The position numbers and the translations under genes are program-made. Of a stretch of 37,098 nt of DNA, positions 1 through 6,583 are shown piece by piece. A model generated the notes under the pieces. It saw nothing but the letters and a program-made list of their open reading frames with translations. It did not search any database and was not told the origin of the DNA. Within the stretch, counting starts at the first letter, position 1; the number at the start of each line of letters is the position of its first letter. The DNA comes from a virus (taxonomy: Duplodnaviria > Caudoviricetes): positions 1 to 37,098 of IMG/VR virus record IMGVR_UViG_3300017716_001496; one strand, 5' to 3'.

Positions 1-7
1 AACTGAC

Positions 8-463
8 ATGACCGGACTGGGAAAAGCTAAAATCTACGAAGTGCAGACAGTCGTTGCGCAGGTGTGCAGCGTGACGGTGGCTGATTTCAAGAGCGCCACA
101 CGTCGGCGGAACGTGTCGATCCCGCGTCAGTACGCGATGTATCTGGCGCGGGAATTGACCGGCCAGAGCTTCCCGCAGATCGGGCGGATGTTTGGCGACC
201 GCCATCACACCACGGTCATGTTCGCGGACACGAAAATTGCGGAGATGGAGGCAGCAGACGAGCGCATTGCGGCGGCGCTGAACGAATGCCGAGCCCGCAT
301 CGCCGCTTTGGTTTCCGAGCGCATCGGCAAGATGGTGACGGTGCAGGGCGCGTCATCGGATTGGATTCCGCCGCCGCCAGCGCGCACTGGCTGGCTGATC
401 TCCAAGCCCTCCACGGTGATTGCATCGATCGACGGGGCCGCTTGGCTCGCGTGTGCAGCATGA
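8..463 (+). CDS. Stand-alone DnaA C-terminal (domain IV) helix-turn-helix protein
   Basis: RRRNVSIPRQYAMYLARELTGQSFPQIGRMFGDRHHTTVMFA matches the DnaA domain IV signature (PRQ.AMYL.RELT..S.P.IG..FG.RDHTTV). No AAA+ domain. Confidence 0.9.
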   Translation: MTGLGKAKIYEVQTVVAQVCSVTVADFKSATRRRNVSIPRQYAMYLARELTGQSFPQIGRMFGDRHHTTVMFADTKIAEMEAADERIAAALNECRARIAALVSERIGKMVTVQGASSDWIPPPPARTGWLISKPSTVIASIDGAAWLACAA

Positions 464-888
464 CCGCCTGGACCCTCGCAGACATCGAAGCCCGCCCTAA
501 CATCAAGCTCTCAACGCCAGTTCGTTTCAAGCCAGCGTCGGACGTGGTGACGGTTCAACTCACCATCCCGCCAAGCGTTAACTCATGCTGGGCCAACGTA
601 GCAGGCAAGGGGCGCGTCCGATCCACGGCCTACCGACGCTGGTCGAAGCTCGCCATGCAGGAGCTTCAGGAGCAGCAGGCGGGCAGGGTAGCGGGCAAGT
701 TCTGCGTCGTCATCACGGCGAAGCGAACGAAGCGCAAGCGCGATATCGACAACCTTGTGAAGCCGATCCTCGACCTTCTCGCAGGCGTTGTCACGGCTGA
801 CGATGCGGAGTGCGAGCGCGTCTCTGCGGGCTGGACGGATGAAGGCCCCGAGGGCGTCCGCATCGATGTGCGGAGGGCGCAACCATGA
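460..888 (+). CDS. rusA: RusA-family Holliday junction resolvase
   Basis: PPSVN..W, RDIDNLVKPILDLL and DDA motifs. True start is likely the ATG at 460 (ATGA overlap with the upstream stop) rather than 286. Confidence 0.88.
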   Translation: MTAWTLADIEARPNIKLSTPVRFKPASDVVTVQLTIPPSVNSCWANVAGKGRVRSTAYRRWSKLAMQELQEQQAGRVAGKFCVVITAKRTKRKRDIDNLVKPILDLLAGVVTADDAECERVSAGWTDEGPEGVRIDVRRAQP

Positions 889-1373
889 GCAAGCCCCGCC
901 GCAACGAACGCGCTGCATGGATCGCCAAGCGCATTGAAGACGCCTACGCCGCAGCAGCGAGGGGCGATGGCTGGAAGGCGCTGAGCCAAGCTTGGAACGT
1001 CACGCAACCGTGCGCGCTCCAGTGGTGTCAGGACCATATCCCGAAGGATGTCTGCGTCCTGATCGGCAAGAACGGCTATGCCGCACGCGAGCCAGCCGTG
1101 ATCCGGCAAGCCGAGTTCAGCAAGCCACGGTCAGAGCGCCGCGCCTCGACGCCCCGCGCTCCGAACGAGCACTGCCGCAAGATTACCTACCGCGATGGCG
1201 ATGCCTACGAGTGCGGCAGGCAGACCGAGAACGGCAAGAACTACTGCACCGACCACGCGCGCTACCTGATCACGATGCTGGACCGGCCTGCGCCCGAGAA
1301 CAAGCGCGCGGCCATTCATCCGTGGGCGGAAGAGGGCGCAGTCAAAGCCAACCGCGCCAAGAAATCAGCTTGA
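885..1373 (+). CDS. GcrA-like regulator (N-terminal HTH-like segment, C-terminal Cys/His motif)
   Basis: C-terminal HCRKITYRDGDAYECGRQTENGKNYCTDH resembles the GcrA C-terminal C..(FCG)..YC..H pattern. ATGA-coupled to rusA. Confidence 0.55.
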   Translation: MSKPRRNERAAWIAKRIEDAYAAAARGDGWKALSQAWNVTQPCALQWCQDHIPKDVCVLIGKNGYAAREPAVIRQAEFSKPRSERRASTPRAPNEHCRKITYRDGDAYECGRQTENGKNYCTDHARYLITMLDRPAPENKRAAIHPWAEEGAVKANRAKKSA

Positions 1374-1389
1374 ACCCGAGGAACCAGAG

Positions 1390-2133
1390 ATGAGCCTTCG
1401 CGAAGAACTGCAAAACCGAGCCGACAAGCTTGACGCCGAACTACTGGCGCTGTCTGGCCGCATCAGGGCGATAGAGCGCGAGAGCGACGACGTGCATACG
1501 TGCATCAACGCGCTCGACATTGCGGAGATGGACGCTCAAGACGCCGCGCTGGAGCCCGCTCCTGCTGAGATCGACCCATTCAGCTTGGCGCACGAGGAAC
1601 ACCTCGCGCCTTTTGCTGAGACCAACAACCATAGCTTCTGGGAAGTGCGGTGGGATTTCAGCGCAGGATACTATGACTGCCAGCGTTATGCTGTCGAAGC
1701 TGATGCGCTCGCAGCGTTCGACGTGCTCCACACTGCCACATTGCACAAGTTCGACCCCGACATGGGCTATGTTGAACTAGGGCGGAAGTCCAAGCACTCT
1801 GTTCCCGCTCCCGCTGAGCCGGAAGCCGAGGAAGCAGACGAGCCCGCAGAGCACATCTCCATCCTGACAGGCGACCCTGCGGTTGAGCCTGAGAGCGGGC
1901 TGCACGCAGACCCCGAGCCGACCGAACTCGACGCCCCCGCAAGCATCGTAGACGACCCCGAGCTTCTGGCGGCTGTAGCTCGAGCAGAGGCAACGCTGCA
2001 GGAAGCCGAGCCCGCCTACGTCGGCCTGCAAGACCCAGAGCTTGATGCCGAATACGAGGCCATGCGCGAGCGCGAACAGGCTGACCGCAAGCTGCACTTC
2101 TCGATCTTTGGCATGAAGCGAGAAGACGCATGA
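1390..2133 (+). CDS. Acidic, Pro/Glu-rich hypothetical phage protein with N-terminal coiled coil
   Basis: 247-aa ORF, SD GAGGA upstream, ATGA overlap with the next gene. Confidence 0.75.
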   Translation: MSLREELQNRADKLDAELLALSGRIRAIERESDDVHTCINALDIAEMDAQDAALEPAPAEIDPFSLAHEEHLAPFAETNNHSFWEVRWDFSAGYYDCQRYAVEADALAAFDVLHTATLHKFDPDMGYVELGRKSKHSVPAPAEPEAEEADEPAEHISILTGDPAVEPESGLHADPEPTELDAPASIVDDPELLAAVARAEATLQEAEPAYVGLQDPELDAEYEAMREREQADRKLHFSIFGMKREDA

Positions 2134-2354
2134 CCTTCCGCATTCTCACAGCACTAGCCGCGCTGATCGCAGGCTCGTGCCTCGTCTTCATTGGCGTGGA
2201 CAACCTCGCTGGCAACGAAATCGCAAGGTTCGCGCTGACGTTCCTCTTCGGCGCAGGCGTCATCTCAGGAGGCATCTACCTGATCGGAGCGGGCGTTGTC
2301 CTGCTGACGCATGAGACGTGGATAGCGCGCGCTGTTGAGAGGCTGAAGCAATGA
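2130..2354 (+). CDS. Small 2-TM membrane protein
   Basis: 74 aa, two hydrophobic segments, ATGA overlaps at both ends. Confidence 0.75.
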   Translation: MTFRILTALAALIAGSCLVFIGVDNLAGNEIARFALTFLFGAGVISGGIYLIGAGVVLLTHETWIARAVERLKQ

Positions 2355-2527
2355 GGCGCGCTCTGATATTCAGTTCGCTATCACTTGCATTCGCGGCGCT
2401 GTCGTTTCGGCTGATGAAGCTTGAGACCGTAGACGAAGCAATCGGGGTCGCCTCGGTATTTGCCGTCGCGCTGTTCCTGCTTGCGTGGGCCGCGCACGCA
2501 ATCAAAGGGCGGAAGGAAGAACGATGA
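2351..2527 (+). CDS. Small 2-TM membrane peptide (58 aa, not in the ORF track)
   Basis: Translated by hand: MRRALIFSSLSLAFAALSFRLMKLETVDEAIGVASVFAVALFLLAWAAHAIKGRKEER. ATGA overlaps at both ends. Confidence 0.7.
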   Translation: MRRALIFSSLSLAFAALSFRLMKLETVDEAIGVASVFAVALFLLAWAAHAIKGRKEER

Positions 2528-2631
2528 TCATCGATTACATCAAATACGGCGTCATCGCCCTCTTGGTGGTTGTCGCGATCTGCCTCGTCGGCTGGGGCCT
2601 CTACAAGATCAACGCGGGCAGGGCGCCATGA
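2524..2631 (+). CDS. Single-TM peptide (35 aa, not in the ORF track)
   Basis: MIIDYIKYGVIALLVVVAICLVGWGLYKINAGRAP. SD-like GGAAGGAAG upstream, ATGA overlaps at both ends. Confidence 0.7.
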   Translation: MIIDYIKYGVIALLVVVAICLVGWGLYKINAGRAP

Positions 2632-2807
2632 GCCTGCTGCTATTCCAACTCAGACTAACAGCAACATGCGCTCTCGCGTTTGGGTGTGGTGCGCAAGTCG
2701 CCTTGTGCGATCCGTACTGGGCAGCACTAGCGGCGATAGGAGCACTTTCTTCCGGCGCTCTCATGTCGATCGAGTTCAACCGCTTGATCAGAGGACGTAA
2801 GCCATGA
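2628..2807 (+). CDS. Small hydrophobic protein (59 aa)
   Basis: C-terminal part of ORF 2460..2807, starting at the ATGA-coupled ATG 2628 (MSLLLFQLRL...). Confidence 0.65.
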   Translation: MSLLLFQLRLTATCALAFGCGAQVALCDPYWAALAAIGALSSGALMSIEFNRLIRGRKP

Positions 2808-3097
2808 GCGAGGCGCAGACCAACATCATTCCGCTCGGCAATGCCACAGCAGGCAATGCCCGCAAAGCGCAGATGGTCGAGCATTTCGCGCGCAAGCTAG
2901 ATGCGATCCTGGCAACTGACGCGACAGAGCTTTCAGCGGCGTTCGTGGTGTACGGCCACAAGGGCGAAATCGTCAGCCACAACGCAAGCTGGGATATTGC
3001 GGATAATACCAAAGTCCCAACGCGCATGATCGTGGGCGATGCTGCCGCTATCCTTGCCCACGAAGCCGCAAAGATGCGGGGGGAAGCGCCAGCATGA
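2804..3097 (+). CDS. Hypothetical protein (97 aa)
   Basis: SD GAGGA, ATGA overlaps at both ends. Confidence 0.7.
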   Translation: MSEAQTNIIPLGNATAGNARKAQMVEHFARKLDAILATDATELSAAFVVYGHKGEIVSHNASWDIADNTKVPTRMIVGDAAAILAHEAAKMRGEAPA

Positions 3098-3177
3098 GCG
3101 ACCTTCTTCTAGGCGCGCTGATCCTGCTCGCCATTCTGATGTGCATTCCTTTCATCAAGTTCGTTCTGAGGAGCTAG
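3094..3177 (+). CDS. Single-TM peptide (27 aa, not in the ORF track)
   Basis: MSDLLLGALILLAILMCIPFIKFVLRS. ATGA-coupled, and its 3' end carries the SD of the next gene. Confidence 0.6.
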   Translation: MSDLLLGALILLAILMCIPFIKFVLRS

Positions 3178-3181
3178 GCCA

Positions 3182-3697
3182 ATGACTGACCTATCCTGGT
3201 ATGCTTTGCGCGTCATGAGCCGCTATGAGCCCATGGTGAAGAAACACCTGATCTATCGGGGCCACCAAGCCTATACAAAGCTGGAGCGCCGGTTCGGCAA
3301 ATGGATCAACGGCAAGCGGACGGACAAGGAATACGTCGCCGCCCCGTCCTATGTGTTCCTCGGCACCACGGGCAACCCATGGGCAGAGGTTCACAACTGC
3401 CACATGATACGCTCGGTGGTCGGCTACAACGGCAGGCCGGCACAGCTTCACCCCAAGGGCCTGTCAGACTTTCTCGGCTTCGATGACTTCAACCTGCCGG
3501 ATTACTTCCGCCATTTCCGCTACATGGAAGCAGCGTTCAAGGTGGGCGATATGGTCAACATCGATAACCCCTCATTTGAGGGTTTTGAGCTTCGGGTGAA
3601 AGACATTCAACGCGGTGAGGCGATCTTCTCGCTCGTGATGATGGGGCGCGAGACGGAACTGCGCCTGCCCGTGGATCAGTGCTCCAAAGCGGCTTAG
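3182..3697 (+). CDS. nusG: NusG-family transcription antitermination protein (NGN + KOW), probable late-gene antiterminator
   Basis: NGN-like WYALRVMSRYE...AAPSYVF...IRSVVG and KOW-like FKVGDMVNIDNPSFEGF...MMGRET. It sits at the lambda-Q-equivalent position before the packaging genes. Confidence 0.85.
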   Translation: MTDLSWYALRVMSRYEPMVKKHLIYRGHQAYTKLERRFGKWINGKRTDKEYVAAPSYVFLGTTGNPWAEVHNCHMIRSVVGYNGRPAQLHPKGLSDFLGFDDFNLPDYFRHFRYMEAAFKVGDMVNIDNPSFEGFELRVKDIQRGEAIFSLVMMGRETELRLPVDQCSKAA

Positions 3698-3707
3698 CCA
3701 CTAGGGG

Positions 3708-3737
3708 TTGTGTTCGCTTCCGAAGCGAGGCAATAAT
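3708..3737 (+). promoter_or_regulatory. Putative late promoter (TTGTGT-N18-AATAAT) with a perfect inverted repeat TCGCTTC-C-GAAGCGA in the spacer
   Basis: Lies immediately after the nusG-like stop. The palindrome at 3714-3728 is seen directly. The promoter call rests on sigma70-like similarity. Confidence 0.45.
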
Positions 3738-3755
3738 ACGGCAGGGCTGTTTTGT

Positions 3756-3860
3756 GCTGTTCGGAAACAGCTATCGACCGGGACATGCGCCGATTTCACG
3801 GCGAGTAGGTTAGCAACCGAGTGTCCTGCGAGGGCGAGCCGGAATTTTCGGCTCAAGCCT
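3756..3860 (+). promoter_or_regulatory. Structured RNA leader (hairpin, three-way junction, long hairpin)
   Basis: Stems: GCTGTT/AACAGC 3756-3771. GGACA/TGTCC 3781-3826 enclosing CGCCG/CGGCG and GGTT/AACC. GAGCCG/CGGCTC 3836-3854. Confidence 0.5.
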
Positions 3861-3896
3861 GAATTGCGCTTAAAATCCAACGGCAGGGGGCTGCTT

Positions 3897-4469
3897 ATGG
3901 ACGCTCTTTTCTCCGTCGTTGCTTTTCTATTCCTGTGCGGCCTAGCCTTCTTCGGCCTAATCCGCAGCCCAACCGTGATGCGCTTCGTGGCGCACCTGGC
4001 CGTTACCCCGCAGGCGATAGAGAAGCTGCGCCGGGCCATGGCAGACGCGGCCAATGATTTCGACTTGGGCACAATGTCGCCCGACGACGGCGAGGAACAT
4101 ATCAACCAGCTCTGCCGGCACGCGATCGGCAAGACCTTGGCCGAGATCAACCCGAAGAACCCGATTGAGGTCAACGATCACTGGCCACCGGACCAGAAGG
4201 TTACGATTGTCGGGGATATCGCAGTAATCGCGCCCAATATCGGCATCCTGATCATGGGGCCGCACAGCCGGATTGAGCCGCTTACCGTCCGCGTAAAGCG
4301 CGCTGGCGTGGTCAAGCTGGATAATCGCCCGCCAATCAAAGCGGTATTCGACGCAATCCATGAGCCGCCGCCAAAGGTAGCGGCCACGGCATCCGCCAAG
4401 CCCGTTCCAAGCCGCACTGTCCAACAGCCGGGCGTAAAGCCGGGGGCGGGGAAGCTCCGCGGCAAATAG
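3897..4469 (+). CDS. Membrane-anchored hypothetical protein (190 aa, N-terminal TM, Pro/Lys-rich tail)
   Basis: ATG 3897 with SD AGGGGG. Hydrophobic MDALFSVVAFLFLCGLAFFGLI. The in-frame extension to 3708 overlaps the promoter and leader. Confidence 0.7.
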   Translation: MDALFSVVAFLFLCGLAFFGLIRSPTVMRFVAHLAVTPQAIEKLRRAMADAANDFDLGTMSPDDGEEHINQLCRHAIGKTLAEINPKNPIEVNDHWPPDQKVTIVGDIAVIAPNIGILIMGPHSRIEPLTVRVKRAGVVKLDNRPPIKAVFDAIHEPPPKVAATASAKPVPSRTVQQPGVKPGAGKLRGK

Positions 4470-4496
4470 AAAAACCCCCCGGATTTCTCCGAGGGG
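4469..4496 (-). terminator. Intrinsic terminator of the minus-strand gene (possibly bidirectional)
   Basis: Minus strand reads CCCCTCGGA-GAAA-TCCGGGGGG-TTTTT: GC stem, GNRA loop and U-tract, between convergent stop codons. Confidence 0.8.
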
Positions 4497-4502
4497 CTTC
4501 TG

Positions 4503-4970
4503 TTAGGCTGACTTCTTCCAGCGAAGTTCCGCCAGTTGGCGGGCTGGGTTGATCACGGGTTCAACGATCCGATGATCGCGCAGGGTTCTCGCAAACCCGA
4601 AGCTGGCAAACACGTTGACCAGCGAGATGAAGAAGCACGCGGGCCAGAGAGCAATTTCCGGCGCCAGTGCATATTCGGCGTTGAGATGTTCCAGCCCGAT
4701 ATGGTTCAGGCCGGCTTCAATGCCGCAGAAACCGAAGGCAAGAACACCCGCGACAATTGCCGTGAAGTAGTTCTTTGTCTCCCAAGCCTCCTGAACGCGG
4801 CCAACGGCCTTGCTCAAGAGGTACACGATGACGGCCATTGCGACCGTCAGGAGCGTGCCGGGAAGCCATCCCTTGGCCCAGAAGCCAAGGGTAGCGGTGA
4901 CAACTGAAAGTCCAACGAACGCAAGGCAGGCTTGCTGTTCAAACGGACGATCTTCGGTATATTTAGCCAT
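4503..4970 (-). CDS. 4-TM membrane protein, moron-like (independently transcribed)
   Basis: 155 aa with four hydrophobic segments, SD GGAGA, its own terminator, and orientation opposite to the late operon. Confidence 0.8.
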   Translation of the reverse strand: MAKYTEDRPFEQQACLAFVGLSVVTATLGFWAKGWLPGTLLTVAMAVIVYLLSKAVGRVQEAWETKNYFTAIVAGVLAFGFCGIEAGLNHIGLEHLNAEYALAPEIALWPACFFISLVNVFASFGFARTLRDHRIVEPVINPARQLAELRWKKSA

Positions 4971-4972
4971 AG

Positions 4973-5046
4973 CTCAGTCTCCATCTGAGTGAGGGGTGGG
5001 GGTCCACGGTTGCTGCCGTGCCCACCCCGTTAAATTTTCAAACATC
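4973..5046 (-). promoter_or_regulatory. Structured 5' leader of the minus-strand gene (boxA-like motif plus hairpins)
   Basis: Minus strand: GATGTTTGAAAAT, then stem GGGGTGGG-CACGG/CCGTG..CCCACCCC (4993-5028), then a CTCAG/CTGAG hairpin with the SD in its loop. Confidence 0.4.
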
Positions 5047-5180
5047 TACGAAGCAGCGCTTCGATGCATTCAACCTACGCGCGATAGGTAGCCAAAAAAG
5101 CGGTAATGCGTGAAATGCATGCCGATATTGATCACATTCGCGTGATAATTGAAGTATTCGCCAAGCATAGGCGCAAGCAA

Positions 5181-5405
5181 ATGTGGACAGTCGCCAAGCT
5201 TATTTGCCCGCCGCTAGGTCTAGGCCAAGCAAAGCTGAAGCTTACCAAGAGCTTTCACCGCATAAAGCCGTCCGCCCGCATGTCGATGCTCACGCAGGCC
5301 ATGAAGCAGATGCGCGCTGAATACGACCGCGCAGAGACCGAACACCGTATTGAGCGCCAGCACGAAGACGCCCGCAACGCAGAGACAATCCAGGCTCGCG
5401 CCTAA
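5181..5405 (+). CDS. Small basic hypothetical protein
   Basis: ORF 5106..5405. Start is uncertain. ATG 5181 is preferred because the upstream part is AT-richer and promoter-like. Confidence 0.55.
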   Translation: MWTVAKLICPPLGLGQAKLKLTKSFHRIKPSARMSMLTQAMKQMRAEYDRAETEHRIERQHEDARNAETIQARA

Positions 5406-5421
5406 CAACGGACGGTGAAGC

Positions 5422-6138
5422 GTGGCGCTAAAGTCCATCATCAAGACGCCATTGCAAAGCATGGTTAGATCGTCGGTCGGCGTGCCCCCCACGCTGCTTC
5501 AGATCGCCAAGGCTCGGAACAACGGCATTACCCCGCTGCATTTCTTCGACTTCGCTAACAACCGCGCCCTTTTTAACAGCGCGGACGTTGGGGCCATCTC
5601 CAGCATTCCGAACCTGACCGGCACGCTCAACCTTGTCGCTGGAGTCGGGCATCGTCTTGCTGGCGCGGCCAACATCCTCAAGATCACCTCGCCAGGCATC
5701 AGCTACCCTTGCACAGTTGCAGCAAAGTTCACGCGCACGACGGACACCGGAGGCGGTGAGCAACTGGTATTTGCGTCGGCAGGCGGGACCGCACAGAACG
5801 TATCGAACATCAACGTAGGCGTCGCTGACACTGGCCGCGCAGCCATGACGACGGCAAACGTCTCCCAAGGGTCTGCAATTGTTGCGACGGTCATGGCGAC
5901 CGGGACGCCCTACAAGATGGCGGGCCGGTTTGCAGCGAACGACATGCACGCGGCGGTCAATGGCGTTCTGTCCGCTGCGCCTGTCACAAGCCTGACCCTG
6001 CCGACAACGCCCGACGCCATCAACATCGGCGGCACTGTTCTCGGCGCTCAATTCCTCGTTGGCGACATTGAATACGTTTCCATATTCAGCAGCGCTCTCA
6101 GTGACGCGCAGCTTCAGACTGTGACCACACCCAGCTAA
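5422..6138 (+). CDS. Concanavalin A/LamG-like beta-sandwich virion protein
   Basis: Thr/Ala/Gly-rich. C-terminal YKMAGRF...AAVNGV...INIGG...LVGDIEYVSIFSSALSDAQLQTVT is typical of LamG-like phage structural domains. Confidence 0.7.
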   Translation: MALKSIIKTPLQSMVRSSVGVPPTLLQIAKARNNGITPLHFFDFANNRALFNSADVGAISSIPNLTGTLNLVAGVGHRLAGAANILKITSPGISYPCTVAAKFTRTTDTGGGEQLVFASAGGTAQNVSNINVGVADTGRAAMTTANVSQGSAIVATVMATGTPYKMAGRFAANDMHAAVNGVLSAAPVTSLTLPTTPDAINIGGTVLGAQFLVGDIEYVSIFSSALSDAQLQTVTTPS

Positions 6139-6151
6139 ACAGAATGAGGCA

Positions 6152-6583
6152 TTGATGCCTGCACTAGATGACAACCGCGAAGAGCGGTTAGCGCAAGAGA
6201 TTGCAAAAGGCGCGTCCCAAGCTGTTGCATATGTCAACGCAGGATATCCCGCTAAAAACAGCAGAGTAGCCGCGAGCGCTGCAAATCGCTTGTTGAAGCA
6301 GAAGCCCCTGATCAACGAGCGCATAGGTGAGCTGAAAGCCATAGCCCGCACGCAAATATATGAAGCGGACTTTACGGCTGATGTGGCCGGACTGACCAAG
6401 GCCTATCTGCAGGACAGGGCAGACGCGAAGATTGCAGGCCAGCACAGCGCGGCCATCTCAGCATTGAACGGCATCGCCAAGCTGCATGGGCTCGGCTCTG
6501 AGACTGTCCGCAATCCCGATATGGCCGACACGCTCAGCAAGTTCCTCGAAGCGGTATCGACGCAGCCCCGCCTCGGCAAATGA
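6152..6583 (+). CDS. terS: Terminase small subunit
   Basis: EERLAQEIAKGASQAVAYVNAGY...AASAANRLLK..I.ERI pattern. ATGA-coupled to terL. Start is TTG 6152 or ATG 6155. Confidence 0.85.
   Translation: MMPALDDNREERLAQEIAKGASQAVAYVNAGYPAKNSRVAASAANRLLKQKPLINERIGELKAIARTQIYEADFTADVAGLTKAYLQDRADAKIAGQHSAAISALNGIAKLHGLGSETVRNPDMADTLSKFLEAVSTQPRLGK

Noticed and set aside
286-459. N-terminal extension of the RusA ORF in the ORF track
   Set aside because: It overlaps the DnaA-C gene. The ATGA-coupled ATG at 460 gives a normal-length RusA.
3756-3860. Possible tRNA because of the multi-stem cloverleaf look
   Set aside because: No TTC T-loop motif, no proper 7-bp acceptor stem and no CCA. Treated as a leader structure instead.
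3708-3896. TTG-started 63-aa extension of ORF 3708..4469
   Set aside because: It covers the promoter-like and structured leader region. ATG 3897 has an SD and begins a TM segment.
5128-5150. ATCAC-N6-GTGAT inverted repeat resembling an operator or FNR/CRP box
   Set aside because: The half-sites are only 5 bp, spacing and orientation do not fit FNR (TTGAT-N4-ATCAA) or CRP, and no second copy was noticed.
5428-6399. Long antisense ORFs (also 8262..8981, 13931..14785, 18985..20034, 20130..21068, 28609..29550, 33112..33852)
   Set aside because: They lie opposite well-supported + strand genes and have no recognisable motifs. They are typical shadow ORFs of GC-rich coding DNA.
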